Positions 27,537 through 37,095 of a stretch of DNA of 64,000 nt are shown piece after piece. The DNA is taken from positions 466 through 64,465 of the forward strand of contig JAAYIQ010000146.1 in the NCBI GenBank assembly GCA_012523365.1, read 5' to 3'. The DNA comes from Clostridiaceae bacterium (GTDB lineage: Bacteria > Bacillota > Clostridia > Saccharofermentanales > Saccharofermentanaceae). A program made the translations under genes and the position numbers. Below the pieces are notes generated by a model, which saw only the letters and a program-made list of their open reading frames with translations, did no database searches and was not told where the DNA came from. Numbering within the stretch: the first letter of the stretch is position 1; every line of letters begins with the position of its first letter.

Positions 27537-29162
27537 ATGTTTTGGGATTTAATTCACGCGATTCTTATTTTCATCTTTTTCTCAATTACCGTCGCGGTCG
27601 GCTTCTATGCAAAGAGGCATGCGAAGGACGTCGGGTCATTTGTTTTGGGCGGCAGAAATGTCGGACCTTGGCTGACGGCGTTTTCGTACGGTGCGACCTA
27701 TTTTTCGGCTGTCGTGTTTATCGGATATGCCGGAATGTTCGGTTGGAGCTACGGTATTTCAGCCGTATGGATCGGCTTGGGTAATGTTTTCATCGGCAGT
27801 TTGGTCGCTTGGAAATTACTGGGTCGCAGGGCTCGCGTAATGACCAAGCACTTGTCGTCGAATACCATGCCCGACTTTTTCGCGAGTCGATATGACTGCA
27901 AGGCGATGCGAACGGTCTCAGCCGTGATTATTTTCATTTTTTTGATTCCCTATTCGGCTTCGGTTTTTAATGGCTTGTCATACCTGTTTACCTCTGCGCT
28001 CGGCCTTAACCGAATTGAGTTCGGGTATGAGGTATGTATTATCGCGATGAGCCTTCTAACCGCCCTCTATGTTGTTCTGGGCGGATATATGTCGAATGTT
28101 ATCAACGATACGATTCAGGGTTTTGTTATGCTTGTAGGGATTGTGATCGTGATCGGCGGCGTCCTTAACGATCACGGAGGGCTGATGGGCAGCATTGCCG
28201 AACTTTCGAAGTTCAACTCACCGACCAGTGAAGTGAACGGTGTATATGCGTCTTTCCTCGGGCCTGAGCCGCTTAACCTTCTCGGTGTTGTGATACTGAC
28301 TTCACTGGGCGCCTGGGGACTGCCTCAGATGGTCGTTAAATTCTACTCGATCAAGGACGAGAAATCGGTTAAGGCCGCGACAATCATTTCTACAATTTTC
28401 GCATTATTCGTCGCCGGCGGATCTTATTTCCTCGGGGCGTTCGGACGTATTTTTGTGAGCACCGAGGAGGCGACCAACGCGATCACCGGGAAATTCAGCA
28501 CTGACATGATTATGCCGATCATGCTCGAGAAGGCCGTTTCCCCCCTTGTTGTATCGCTGATCATTATTCTGGTGCTTTCCGCTTCGATCTCTACACTTTC
28601 TTCGTTGGTTTTAAGTTCCAGTTCAACCATCACGCTTGATCTGATCGCTCCGAATACCAAGAAGGAAATATCCGAGACGAAGAAGGTTACCTTGATACGG
28701 GTTTTTCTGGGTATTTTCATCATTATTTCCATGCTTTTGGCAATCTATTCATACCGTACAAATGATATTTATATCGCGAAATTGATGTCTATTTCTTGGG
28801 GCGCGTTGTCCGGTTCGTTTATCGCGCCGTTCCTGTACGGACTCTTCTGGAAGGGCGTGACCAAGGCGGCCGTCTGGGCTTCTTTCATCAGCGGAGTCGG
28901 TATTACAGTAACTCATCTGATTCTTTCAAACGGAGCACTTTTCGGGCATTCGTTCACTTTTCCGACCGGGCTTCCGATCAATCTGGCATCTCCGATTAAC
29001 GCGGGCGCGTTCGCGATGCTTTTTGGTTTGATTTTGGTGCCGATCGTTTCTTGGATGACACCGAAGATCAAGAAGGATGTCATCGACAATGCTTTTGCCG
29101 GTTATGACATACGCGTCGAAGCGGAACAGAAGAAAGTTTTGCCGATGGATGAAGTAGTATAA
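27537..29162 (+). CDS. sodium:solute symporter family (SSS) transporter
   Basis: 541 aa and about 13-14 TM. GGRNVGPWLTAFSYGATYFSAVVFIGYAG N-terminal block typical of PutP/PanF-type symporters. Confidence 0.75.
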   Translation: MFWDLIHAILIFIFFSITVAVGFYAKRHAKDVGSFVLGGRNVGPWLTAFSYGATYFSAVVFIGYAGMFGWSYGISAVWIGLGNVFIGSLVAWKLLGRRARVMTKHLSSNTMPDFFASRYDCKAMRTVSAVIIFIFLIPYSASVFNGLSYLFTSALGLNRIEFGYEVCIIAMSLLTALYVVLGGYMSNVINDTIQGFVMLVGIVIVIGGVLNDHGGLMGSIAELSKFNSPTSEVNGVYASFLGPEPLNLLGVVILTSLGAWGLPQMVVKFYSIKDEKSVKAATIISTIFALFVAGGSYFLGAFGRIFVSTEEATNAITGKFSTDMIMPIMLEKAVSPLVVSLIIILVLSASISTLSSLVLSSSSTITLDLIAPNTKKEISETKKVTLIRVFLGIFIIISMLLAIYSYRTNDIYIAKLMSISWGALSGSFIAPFLYGLFWKGVTKAAVWASFISGVGITVTHLILSNGALFGHSFTFPTGLPINLASPINAGAFAMLFGLILVPIVSWMTPKIKKDVIDNAFAGYDIRVEAEQKKVLPMDEVV

Positions 29163-29189
29163 ATTTGATCTGAAAAGGGGACGGACACC

Positions 29190-30491
29190 ATGATTTGGAA
29201 CAAAACGGAGACATTTTCGAGAGCCGAGATCAACCGGATCCAGTTGGAGCGATTACGCTGGCAGATCGGTTACGCATACGAGAGAGTGCCTTTTTACAGG
29301 AAACGTATGGACGAAGTCGGGATCAAGCCGGATCATATACGCTCTCTTAAGGATCTCGAGAAACTGCCGTTTACCGTCAAAACCGACCTCAGGGATAACT
29401 ATCCGACCGGTCTATTCGCGGTTCCGAATAAAGAAATCGTTCGTTTCCACAGTTCATCCGGGACAACCGGAAAGCCGATCGTCGTCGGGTATACAAGAAA
29501 CGATATGGATAACTGGACCGAATGCTGTGCGCGGATGTGTACCGCGGCAGGCGTTACCGACGAGGATATAGCGCAAGTCGCCTTCGGCTACGGTCTTTTT
29601 ACCGGCGGCTTCGGCTTGCATTACGGCCTGGAACGAGTCGGAGCTTCGGTACTGCCGATTTCTTCAGGGAACTCCGAGCGCCAAATCATGTTTATGAAGG
29701 ATCTCAAATCGACGGTCCTGATTGCGACACCTTCCTATGTTCTGCACCTCTCTGAGATTATGGCGGATCTCGGTGTCGGCAGGGAAGAGATTTATCTGAA
29801 GACAGGAATGTTCGGCGGAGAAGGGCATACGCCAGAGATGCGTGAGCAAATCGAGATGCGCCTCGGGATCAACGACACGCAGAATTATGGCCTGACCGAG
29901 CTTTGCGGGCCGGGGCTTTCCTATGAGTGCCTGGAGCACGCAGGAATGCATATCAACGAGGACTTTTTCATCGCCGAGATCATCAACCCGGATACCGGAG
30001 AGGTCTTGCCGGAGGGAAGTGTTGGTGAAATGGTCATCACGACCCTCACGAAGGAGGGGATCCCGATGATCCGGTACCGGACGAAGGACATCACTTCAAT
30101 TACCTATGAACCATGCAAATGCGGGCGTACCAATGCCCGCATGGACCTTGTTCGCGGAAGATCGGACGATATGATGGTAATCCGTGGGGTCAATGTATTT
30201 CCGTCTCAGGTCGAGGCTGTTTTGATGGGGATCGAGGGAATCGGTCAGCATTATCAGTTGATCGTCACCACCGAGAAATTTATGGATAAGATGGAGGTCC
30301 AGGTCGAGCTGATGGACGGAAGCATGCTTGACAGCTATTCCAAACTGGAGCAGTTGACACAAGAAATCCGCCACAAAATTCGGACCGTCCTTCAGATCGA
30401 CGTTAAGGTGACGCTCCTGAACCCCAAAACAATCGAACGAACCGCAGGAAAATCCAAGCGAGTGATTGACATGAGGGCGAAGACTTTTTAG
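29190..30491 (+). CDS. paaK: phenylacetate-CoA ligase family (aryl/acyl-CoA ligase)
   Basis: 433 aa with SSGTTGKP AMP-binding loop, YRTKD and C-terminal GKSKRVID. Only 27 nt after the symporter stop. Confidence 0.85.
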   Translation: MIWNKTETFSRAEINRIQLERLRWQIGYAYERVPFYRKRMDEVGIKPDHIRSLKDLEKLPFTVKTDLRDNYPTGLFAVPNKEIVRFHSSSGTTGKPIVVGYTRNDMDNWTECCARMCTAAGVTDEDIAQVAFGYGLFTGGFGLHYGLERVGASVLPISSGNSERQIMFMKDLKSTVLIATPSYVLHLSEIMADLGVGREEIYLKTGMFGGEGHTPEMREQIEMRLGINDTQNYGLTELCGPGLSYECLEHAGMHINEDFFIAEIINPDTGEVLPEGSVGEMVITTLTKEGIPMIRYRTKDITSITYEPCKCGRTNARMDLVRGRSDDMMVIRGVNVFPSQVEAVLMGIEGIGQHYQLIVTTEKFMDKMEVQVELMDGSMLDSYSKLEQLTQEIRHKIRTVLQIDVKVTLLNPKTIERTAGKSKRVIDMRAKTF

Positions 30492-30519
30492 TCAGGGACT
30501 TTTTGACGATTATTCCGAT

Positions 30520-32337
30520 GTGGTATACTTACGGGAAACATTTTTCGAAAAAGGGGTGGATGAATTGAAGCAGATCCTTTTGGGCAACGAGGCGGTCGCT
30601 CGGGGCGCGTTTGAGGCCGGAGTTAAGGTTATTTCTTCTTATCCGGGAACGCCGAGCACCGAGATCACGGAGGCGGCCGCCCGATACGAGCGCATCCATT
30701 GCGAGTGGGCGACCAATGAGAAGGTTGGCGCGGAGGTCGCAATCGGAGCCTCCATCCGAGGGGCGCGGGCGATGAGTTGTATGAAACACGTCGGGTTGAA
30801 TGTTGCCGCGGATCCTTTGTTTACCGCATCCTACACGGGTGTGAACGGCGGTTTGGTGTTCGTGGTCGCCGACGATCCCGGGATGCACAGTTCCCAGAAT
30901 GAGCAGGATAGCCGGCATTACGCGAGAGCCGCCAAGATCCCGATGCTTGAACCTTCGGATTCATCCGAATGCAAGATATTTGTTATCAAGGCTTTTGAGC
31001 TTTCCGAAAAATACGACACGCCGGTGCTTGTTCGTCTGCAGACTCGCGTCGCACACTCGAGGTCGATCACGGAAATTTCCGATCCTGCCGATGTCCGTGT
31101 TAAAACGTACGCGAAGGATATGGCCAAATATGTGATGATGCCCGCGATGGCAGTGAAACGCCACGTGATCGTTGAGAACCGCATGAATCAGATCGCGTCT
31201 GACTCCTCCGAAAGAATCGATGAGATCGGGATTCACGAAATAATCGAAGGTTCGGAAGATCTGGGAATTATTACTTCCGGCGCAGCATATCAGTATGTTC
31301 GCGAAGCTCTGCCGGAAGCGAGCGTTTTGAAACTCGGTATGGTATGGCCATTACCGGAAAAGTTGATACGATCTTTTGCACAGAAGGTGAACCGCCTCGT
31401 TATCATCGAAGAGCTGGATCCGTTTCTGGAAAAAGAGATTCTGGCGATGGGGATCCCGTGCGAGGGAAAGTCGCTTTTTTCGACAAACGGGGAGTATTCG
31501 TCCAATCTGCTTCGCTCCGTCCTGGTTCCGGAAACGATTCCGGTTTCGGCGGTCTCTTGCGAGCCTCTCCCTTACGCTCCGGGCCGGCCGCCGGTCATGT
31601 GCGCGGGATGTCCGCACAAGGGCCTTTTTATGGCCTTGTCGCGATTAAAGGCTCAAGTTATGGGCGATATCGGATGTTATACTCTCGGGGCCCTGCCTCC
31701 GACCTCGTCGATGGACGCCTGCGTATGCATGGGTGCATCGGTCGGAATGGCACACGGATTTGATAAGGCGACCGATGCCGAAGATTCCCGCAAGACCGTC
31801 GCGGTGATCGGCGACTCAACATTTCTTCATTCCGGTATCACCAATCTGATCAACGCCGTTTATAACCGAAGTGCGATCACGGTCATCATCCTTGACAATT
31901 CCATCACCGGCATGACCGGTCATCAGCAGAATGCTTCGACCGGTAAGGACATCCGTCTGAATCCCGCGCCCGCAATCTCGCTTGAGGCGCTGTGCGCGAG
32001 TGTCGGGGTCCGTTCGATCCGGGTGATCGATCCGGTTGACACCAAGAGTGCTCAAACGGTCATCCGTGAGGAGATGGAGAAGGCCGAGGTTTCCGTGATT
32101 ATCGCGAGAAGACCCTGTGCGCTGATTCCGACCGGGAAGGGTCCGAAGGGCAAATTCGCTGTTGTTGACAAGGAAAAATGCACGGCTTGCGGTCAGTGTA
32201 TTCGGATCATGTGCCCGGCCCTTATTGCCGGACCGGACAAGAAACCGGTCATTGACCCGGAAACGTGTAACAGTTGCGGGTTGTGTATAAATGTTTGCGC
32301 ATTTGATGCGCTCAGCATCGGGGAGGAACAGGAATGA
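30520..32337 (+). CDS. iorA: indolepyruvate:ferredoxin oxidoreductase alpha subunit
   Basis: LLGNEAVARGAFEAGV N-terminus and TPP-binding GDSTFLHSG. Two C-terminal 4Fe-4S motifs (CTACGQCIRIMCP, CNSCGLCINVCA). The true start is probably the GTG at 30556 or the TTG at 30565. Confidence 0.85.
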   Translation: MVYLRETFFEKGVDELKQILLGNEAVARGAFEAGVKVISSYPGTPSTEITEAAARYERIHCEWATNEKVGAEVAIGASIRGARAMSCMKHVGLNVAADPLFTASYTGVNGGLVFVVADDPGMHSSQNEQDSRHYARAAKIPMLEPSDSSECKIFVIKAFELSEKYDTPVLVRLQTRVAHSRSITEISDPADVRVKTYAKDMAKYVMMPAMAVKRHVIVENRMNQIASDSSERIDEIGIHEIIEGSEDLGIITSGAAYQYVREALPEASVLKLGMVWPLPEKLIRSFAQKVNRLVIIEELDPFLEKEILAMGIPCEGKSLFSTNGEYSSNLLRSVLVPETIPVSAVSCEPLPYAPGRPPVMCAGCPHKGLFMALSRLKAQVMGDIGCYTLGALPPTSSMDACVCMGASVGMAHGFDKATDAEDSRKTVAVIGDSTFLHSGITNLINAVYNRSAITVIILDNSITGMTGHQQNASTGKDIRLNPAPAISLEALCASVGVRSIRVIDPVDTKSAQTVIREEMEKAEVSVIIARRPCALIPTGKGPKGKFAVVDKEKCTACGQCIRIMCPALIAGPDKKPVIDPETCNSCGLCINVCAFDALSIGEEQE

Positions 32338-32960
32338 TGCAGACAGAAAAAATCCGCCTCAAAGATTCGAACTGCAAATCGATCGTTTTGGCCGGCGTCG
32401 GCGGTCAGGGAACATTAGTCGCCGGGAAGTTGCTCGGCACCATTGCGATGAAGACCGGCCTGGATGTCAAGGTTTCCGAGGTTCACGGGATGAGTCAGCG
32501 GGGCGGATCCGTCATTACGTATGTTCGTATGGGATGCAAGGTTTTTTCGCCGATCATCGACCCGGGAACGGCCGATTATTGCCTCTGCTTTGAACCGTTG
32601 GAGGCATTACGATGGGCTCCGCTTCTCAAGGAGAGAGGAACGATCATCGTGAACGATGCTCCTGTCCTGCCTCTTCCGGTTCTTTTGGGGAAGGAGCAAT
32701 ATCCGGAGGGAATCGCGGAAGCTCTGGAGAAGGCGTGCGGAATACGAGCCCGCGTGATCCAAATCAAAGCCAAAGACGCCGCCGTTTCGGCCGGCAGCGC
32801 GAAAGCGGTCAACATGGTTATGCTCGGCGCACTTTCGGTATTCGCGGACATTCCGGAGGCGGTTTGGGATGAAGCCATTCGTGAGACATTTTCGGATAAA
32901 CCCAAATTGATCCCGATGAATTTAGAGGCTTTCCGCATCGGTCGCGACTTGGTCATATAA
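32334..32960 (+). CDS. iorB: indolepyruvate:ferredoxin oxidoreductase beta subunit
   Basis: VLAGVGGQGTLVAGKLL...VHGMSQRGGSV gamma-domain motif. ATGA overlap with iorA. Confidence 0.85.
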   Translation: MMQTEKIRLKDSNCKSIVLAGVGGQGTLVAGKLLGTIAMKTGLDVKVSEVHGMSQRGGSVITYVRMGCKVFSPIIDPGTADYCLCFEPLEALRWAPLLKERGTIIVNDAPVLPLPVLLGKEQYPEGIAEALEKACGIRARVIQIKAKDAAVSAGSAKAVNMVMLGALSVFADIPEAVWDEAIRETFSDKPKLIPMNLEAFRIGRDLVI

Positions 32961-33030
32961 ATACGCTATAATTGTTATATGAGGCAGACGCCGGACATGA
33001 ACGGCGCACGCATGAAGGAGGTATGCCGCT

Positions 33031-33462
33031 ATGTTGGTCAGACAAATCAACGTTTTTCTCGAAAATCAATCCGGAAGGCTCGCCGAGGTGACGCGAACGC
33101 TCGGAAAGAATAATATTGATATTCGAGCCCTTTATATCGCGGACACGACCGAATACGGGATCCTTCGTATGATTCTGGATAAGCCGGAACAAGCTGTAGA
33201 TGTGCTGACAAAGGCCGGTTTTACCGTAAGCAGCACCCCTGTGATCGCCTTGGCAATCGCGGATAAACCCGGAACATTGGACCATGCGCTCTCCGTTTTG
33301 TCGGAGGGCGCGTTATCTCTTGAATATTTATATGCGTATGTCGGGCGCGCTTCCGATGACGCAGTCGTCGTGATTCGCGTTCGCGATCCGGAACTGGCGC
33401 TCGGTAAACTTCAGGAAGCCGGAATTCGGGTGCTGACCTCCGAGGAGGTCTACGGTATTTGA
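33031..33462 (+). CDS. tandem ACT-domain protein
   Basis: 143 aa in two beta-alpha-beta-beta-alpha-beta-like halves (QINVFLENQSGRLAEV..., IALAIADKPGTLDHAL...). I recall ACT proteins as frequent partners of paaK/ior genes. Confidence 0.7.
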   Translation: MLVRQINVFLENQSGRLAEVTRTLGKNNIDIRALYIADTTEYGILRMILDKPEQAVDVLTKAGFTVSSTPVIALAIADKPGTLDHALSVLSEGALSLEYLYAYVGRASDDAVVVIRVRDPELALGKLQEAGIRVLTSEEVYGI

Positions 33463-34742
33463 TGAATAACCCTTATCGCGCCTACGGCGTATCCGAAGCC
33501 GTAATTTCGGCATCGGAAGAGGTTCATAAAGAGATCGAGCCTGTGATTCGCCGAATCGAGCGCATTCGCGCGCATAATCAACTGCGTGTGTTGGACGCTT
33601 TTCGGGAAGCACGTATATCAGATGCTCATTTCGGGTTTTCGACCGGTTACGGATACGACGATATCGGACGTGACAAGATGGAGCGTGTTTACGCGCGCAT
33701 TTTCGGCGGAGAAGAAGCCTATGTGCGCATCCAAATCAGCAGTGGAACTCAGGCATTGGCGGCTTGTCTTTTTGGAATCCTGCGGCCCGGGAACAGGATG
33801 ATTTCCGTAACGGGAACCCCTTATGATACGCTTGCAGCTGCGATCGGCATTTCAAAGTCGGTGCGATCCGATGCCAGAGGATGCCTTACAGAATTCGGTA
33901 TCGAATACGATCAGGTTGATTTGTTGCCCGATGATTCTCCGGATATTGCGGCGATCACATCCGCAATCGACCGAAGCACGCGCCTGATTTTCATTCAAAA
34001 ATCAAAAGGATATTCCGATCGCAGATGCCTGTTGGGATCCGAAATCCGCTCAATTATCGGTGCCGTGCGGCAGACGGGATCGGATGCGGTCATCATGGTC
34101 GACAACTGCTACGGTGAGTTTGTCGAGGAAGAAGAGCCTTGCGCTTACGGGGCGGACATCTGTGCCGGTTCGTTGATCAAGAACCCCGGCGGCGGGCTTT
34201 GTCCGTCCGGCGGATATATTGTCGGACGCAAAGACTTGGTCGAAGCGGCTTCGAGCCGGCTTTCGGCTCCGGGATTGGGAGGGCATGTCGGACCGTCACT
34301 CGGATATAGCCGTACGATCGCACAGGGCTTGTTTCTGGCTCCGCACATCGTTGCCGAGAGTTTGAAAGGGGCTGTTTTTGCCGCCTCTCTTTTTCGAAAA
34401 GCCGGATTTAGAACAATGCCGGGACCCTCGGATCCGAGAGGCGACATCATACAGAGCATCCGATTTGACACACCGGATCAAGTAATGAACTTTTGCAGGA
34501 TCGTACAGGCCTGTTCTCCGGTAGACTCATTCGTAACCCCCGAGCCATGGGATATGCCCGGATACGATGTCCCCGTTATCATGGCCGCCGGAACTTTTAT
34601 TCAGGGCTCTTCGATCGAATTTTCGGCTGACGGACCGATCAAACCGCCGTATAATGCATATATGCAAGGTGGACTTGTCGCGGAACAGATTTATCTGGCC
34701 GCAATGACGGCAATCGATAAAATGGGAGATCAATCCTTATGA
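33459..34742 (+). CDS. YnbB/aluminium-resistance family PLP enzyme (methionine gamma-lyase-like fold)
   Basis: 427 aa. The pattern ...SSGTQALAACLFGILRPG...FIQKSKGY... resembles the Cys/Met-metabolism PLP fold. ATGA overlaps on both sides. Confidence 0.6.
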   Translation: MMNNPYRAYGVSEAVISASEEVHKEIEPVIRRIERIRAHNQLRVLDAFREARISDAHFGFSTGYGYDDIGRDKMERVYARIFGGEEAYVRIQISSGTQALAACLFGILRPGNRMISVTGTPYDTLAAAIGISKSVRSDARGCLTEFGIEYDQVDLLPDDSPDIAAITSAIDRSTRLIFIQKSKGYSDRRCLLGSEIRSIIGAVRQTGSDAVIMVDNCYGEFVEEEEPCAYGADICAGSLIKNPGGGLCPSGGYIVGRKDLVEAASSRLSAPGLGGHVGPSLGYSRTIAQGLFLAPHIVAESLKGAVFAASLFRKAGFRTMPGPSDPRGDIIQSIRFDTPDQVMNFCRIVQACSPVDSFVTPEPWDMPGYDVPVIMAAGTFIQGSSIEFSADGPIKPPYNAYMQGGLVAEQIYLAAMTAIDKMGDQSL

Positions 34743-36112
34743 GCACTCGAAAAGAAACCGTTACGCCGAACCGGAAAGAGGCGTCCCCGCACAAGAAGAA
34801 TACCGACCGCACCGTATCCCGCGAGCATCTCGGACATCTTCAGAAGATGAGACGGAAACGCGCGATCACCGGTTCGCTTTTTATGGTTGTTGTGGTCATG
34901 CTGTTGTCGGTCGTTACGGCTTCCGCCATTCTTTATGTGAAAGACTTTGTGTCCGCCAAACCCAGATTTGCTTTCGTGACGACCGGAAGCGTTGAACATT
35001 CCGTCAGCGCTGAGGTTCTGATTGTCAGAAGCGAGCGAATATTGCAATCCGATACTGCCGGGTCATTGGTCGCATTGGCGACGGAAGGCAGTCGGGTATC
35101 CAAAACTCAAAAACTGGCCATGGTGATTCCGGACGGAATGGAGACTACGATTTCCGAGTTGAGTATTGTGCAAAGCCAGATTGTAGAGGTCGAACGGGAA
35201 TTGGTCGCGAAGGGCAAAGGGATGGGGGCCATCGCCGTTTATAACGAAACATCATCGGAAATTCTTCCGATCATTGATATGGTCCGGATCGACAGTATGA
35301 ATCGAGACGTATCCAATCTGACATCCTATTCTTCGTCTATACAAGTTTTGATGGATAAGAGAGATATCCGGCTTCAGAATATCGATTTTGACGACGAGCG
35401 CCTGACGGTGTTGCGCAGAAACAAGCAGAAGCTCGAAACGTCTCTGTCCGAGCGCTCTGCGATCTTGTCAGCCACGGAGCCCGGTATCGTTTCCTACAAA
35501 TTGGATGCACTCGAAAAAGAGTTGACTCCTGATTTGCTGATGATTATGACTTCGGCGGGATGTGAGAAATATATAAGCGATGCCACACGCGTTATTCTGG
35601 GAGATTTGAGCGTTGAGAAGAATCATGATGTGCTGAGGATCTGTCAGAATGACTTTCAGTATTTTGCGTGTGTGATCAAAGATATGGGGGTCGTTGACTT
35701 CCCGATGGACTCGGTTCACACCATTCGCGTTCCGTCGGAGGGAATCGTCATCGACGAATGTCGGGTCATTCGCTCCGCTGAGAGCGAAGGCGGTGTATTT
35801 GTCGTCTTCAGAACCTCGAATCAAATCGAGAGACTTCTGGACAGAAGAACTGCGGAAGTGGAGATTGTCCGTTCATCCACGTTCGGACTCAGAGTGCCCC
35901 GTACCGCGCTGGTTGATCCGGACTATGATCTGGGATACGGGAAAATTCTCATTAATTCCAGCGGTTATGCTCGAGCCCTGAGTGTAATCATTTTGGATTA
36001 TGATCGTGAATACGCCATTATCAGCCCGATCGTGGGGTTTGACAAACCGGACACCGGCACGATTGTAATAACGAACCCCAATACCATTTCGGAAGACGAA
36101 AAGGTCGAATAG
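34739..36112 (+). CDS. membrane-anchored HlyD-like/coiled-coil protein of unknown function
   Basis: Basic N-terminus, one TM (LFMVVVVMLLSVVTASAILYV), then barrel-like, coiled-coil and barrel-like segments. I recall similar genes upstream of yggS-sepF in Clostridia. Confidence 0.45.
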   Translation: MSTRKETVTPNRKEASPHKKNTDRTVSREHLGHLQKMRRKRAITGSLFMVVVVMLLSVVTASAILYVKDFVSAKPRFAFVTTGSVEHSVSAEVLIVRSERILQSDTAGSLVALATEGSRVSKTQKLAMVIPDGMETTISELSIVQSQIVEVERELVAKGKGMGAIAVYNETSSEILPIIDMVRIDSMNRDVSNLTSYSSSIQVLMDKRDIRLQNIDFDDERLTVLRRNKQKLETSLSERSAILSATEPGIVSYKLDALEKELTPDLLMIMTSAGCEKYISDATRVILGDLSVEKNHDVLRICQNDFQYFACVIKDMGVVDFPMDSVHTIRVPSEGIVIDECRVIRSAESEGGVFVVFRTSNQIERLLDRRTAEVEIVRSSTFGLRVPRTALVDPDYDLGYGKILINSSGYARALSVIILDYDREYAIISPIVGFDKPDTGTIVITNPNTISEDEKVE

Positions 36113-36121
36113 GGAAGAAAG

Positions 36122-36844
36122 ATGGAAGAAACATCAGTAAGTATTGAATTGCGGATGAAGGAGCGTTTGGAGACGTTTCTCAAAACCGTGCGCACCGAAA
36201 TGGAAAACGCAGGGAGAAACCCGGCTGAACTCACGGTGATCGGCGTTTCAAAGTTTTTTCCCGCCGATTACGCTCGAGCCGCGGTCAAACTCGGTGTATG
36301 TCATTTGGGAGAGAACCGGGTGACCGAACTGCTTTCGAAGAAAGAAGAATTGGAACGGGACGGGTTTTATCCGGAATGGCATCTGATCGGCACTCTTCAA
36401 ACCAATAAGGTGAAGAAAATTATCGGCAATGTTTCGTTGATTCATTCCGTGGATTCGGCACGTCTCCTGAGTGAGATTTCCGACCGATCAATGTCTGCCG
36501 GGACCGTTACCGATGTTCTTCTTCAAATCAACATTTCTCAAGAGCAAAGCAAACACGGGTTCACGAAGACGGATCCCGAAACGATCTTGCGTCATTCCGC
36601 GGATTATCCGGGCGTTGCCGTACGCGGATTGATGACCATGGCACCGATCGTTCCGTGCGCATACACTCCTCGGATGGTTTTTGAGGAACTGCGGGAGTTG
36701 TTTGAACGTACCCGCAAAATTGTCGATCGGCCCGAATTGTGGACCATCCTTTCGATGGGTATGAGTCAGGATTATATTGAAGCTATCCGGTGCGGAGCAA
36801 CGCACATACGAATCGGTACTGCAATATTCGGCCCGAGAACTTGA
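36122..36844 (+). CDS. yggS: YggS/YlmE family PLP homeostasis protein
   Basis: IGVSKFFP (PLP lysine), WHLIGTLQTNKVK, GMSQDYIEAIRCGATHIRIGTAIFG. Confidence 0.9.
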   Translation: MEETSVSIELRMKERLETFLKTVRTEMENAGRNPAELTVIGVSKFFPADYARAAVKLGVCHLGENRVTELLSKKEELERDGFYPEWHLIGTLQTNKVKKIIGNVSLIHSVDSARLLSEISDRSMSAGTVTDVLLQINISQEQSKHGFTKTDPETILRHSADYPGVAVRGLMTMAPIVPCAYTPRMVFEELRELFERTRKIVDRPELWTILSMGMSQDYIEAIRCGATHIRIGTAIFGPRT

Positions 36845-36979
36845 GGCTGGAAGCACATCACGAGACTGTTCATCGGAAACTTCACGGGCACAATGCGCCC
36901 TTTAACGTAAGGAGTCTGTTAGAATAGGCGGTTATTGTTTCCGGTCAATTACAGTCCTTTTACTTGTTCCCCCATTCTA

Positions 36980-37008
36980 TTGAACCGTTCAACAAACACT
37001 TCTATACT
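36980..37008 (+). promoter_or_regulatory. candidate sepF promoter (TTGAAC-17 nt-TATACT); the -35 box lies in the palindrome TTGAAC-C-GTTCAA
   Basis: Read directly. It lies 88 nt upstream of the sepF ATG, inside a 250-nt gap. Confidence 0.5.
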
Positions 37009-37012
37009 GACC

Positions 37013-37032
37013 CTAGTGATTCTTTTCACTAG
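37013..37032 (+). promoter_or_regulatory. 7-bp hairpin (ctagtga-ttcttt-tcactag) immediately downstream of the candidate -10 box
   Basis: Read directly. It would sit at the extreme 5-prime end of the sepF transcript, or act as an operator. Confidence 0.45.
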
Positions 37033-37095
37033 TTAGCTCGTTAATTTATTTATTTGAGTCGATAGTGAATAAGATGATATTTGGAGGTAGTGAAG

